Source of the DNA: Chlorokybus atmophyticus
Lineage: Eukaryota; Plantae; Mesostigma and Chlorokybus algae
Direction of reading: 5' to 3'
Assembly: GCA_009103225.1 (NCBI GenBank)
Contig: RHPI01001715.1
Span: 1,020,011 to 1,084,010, forward strand
DNA length: 64,000 nt
The position numbers and the translations under genes are program-made. Below the pieces are notes generated by a model. The model saw only the letters and a list, made by a program, of their open reading frames with translations. It was not told where the DNA came from and made no database searches. The stretch's first letter is position 1. The number at the start of each line of letters is the position of its first letter. This document shows, in pieces, positions 63,511 to 64,000 of this stretch.

Positions 63511-64000
63511 ATGGCGGACGGCATGTCCTCAACGTCGTCGTCGTCGTCGTCGTCGCCGCTGGCGAGGTTGATGTTGGTTACAGCGTGGGCGTGCATGCAC
63601 ATGGCGGCGGTTACCACCGCCTTGCAGACTGGGGACTTTGTGCCCATGGCGCGAAGAGGCCAGTTTCACGGGGTGAGTCATTATACTGTCAACATAAGCC
63701 CGATCGCAAGCCGTGCAGTCAGTGCATTGCACTTGTGTCACACGTGGTCAATCAACGCAGTGGTGACTTCAGTCGTTGTAATTGAGCAAGCTTAGCTGTG
63801 AGTTGTGATTGAGCATTGCACGTCATGCATTCCACCAAGCAATGCGTCCATGCAGCATCTAGCTGTGTAATGTGACAGCCTCCCTCATCAAACTGTAGAT
63901 TGCTGCGTTGCAAAGCATATGCAACATGACCATGCGCGAACGGAAAGTACTCAAATCGTCTTGTTCATTTGTGCAGACTCGCACGCACTGGCACGACGCG
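63511..64000 (+). CDS. NPU: NPU-like (NO PRIMEXINE AND PLASMA MEMBRANE UNDULATION) membrane protein, partial at window end
   Basis: Signal peptide then ALQTGDFVPMARRGQFHG|GTGAG (exon ends 63672); exon from 63977 TRTHWHDA. Parallels my recollection of plant NPU AYRPGDIV.MSKMGQYHSSRTTWHD. Confidence 0.7.

Overview
Eukaryotic nuclear DNA, about 50% GC, with short GT-AG introns. The gene content (CURT1, autoinhibited P2B Ca2+-ATPase, plastid-type CBS protein, HVA22-like, NPU-like) suggests a green-lineage organism, most likely a charophyte alga (inference). Bases 2.9-24 kb are a nest of decayed transposons. The most notable is a Ty3/Gypsy element whose pol carries a C5-cytosine DNA methyltransferase domain between protease and RT. 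It is split by a TSD-flanked chromovirus (9531-16444) and followed by a deleted relative of that chromovirus. From 25 kb on the window is gene-dense: ACA, CBS, HVA22-like, a CDC26-like ORF with an in-frame TAG, an intron-containing MgtC/SapB gene, an LSMT-type SET gene, an F-box pseudogene split by a TIR element, 14-3-3, Nit1 and an NPU-like gene. Between these lie a 111-bp perfect tandem array, an interstitial (CCCTAA)7 tract, a short-LTR non-coding retroelement and TA-flanked ~457-bp MITEs. All gene models and alignments were made by eye; no database searches were run. N gaps are at 43016-43030 and 58962-59147.
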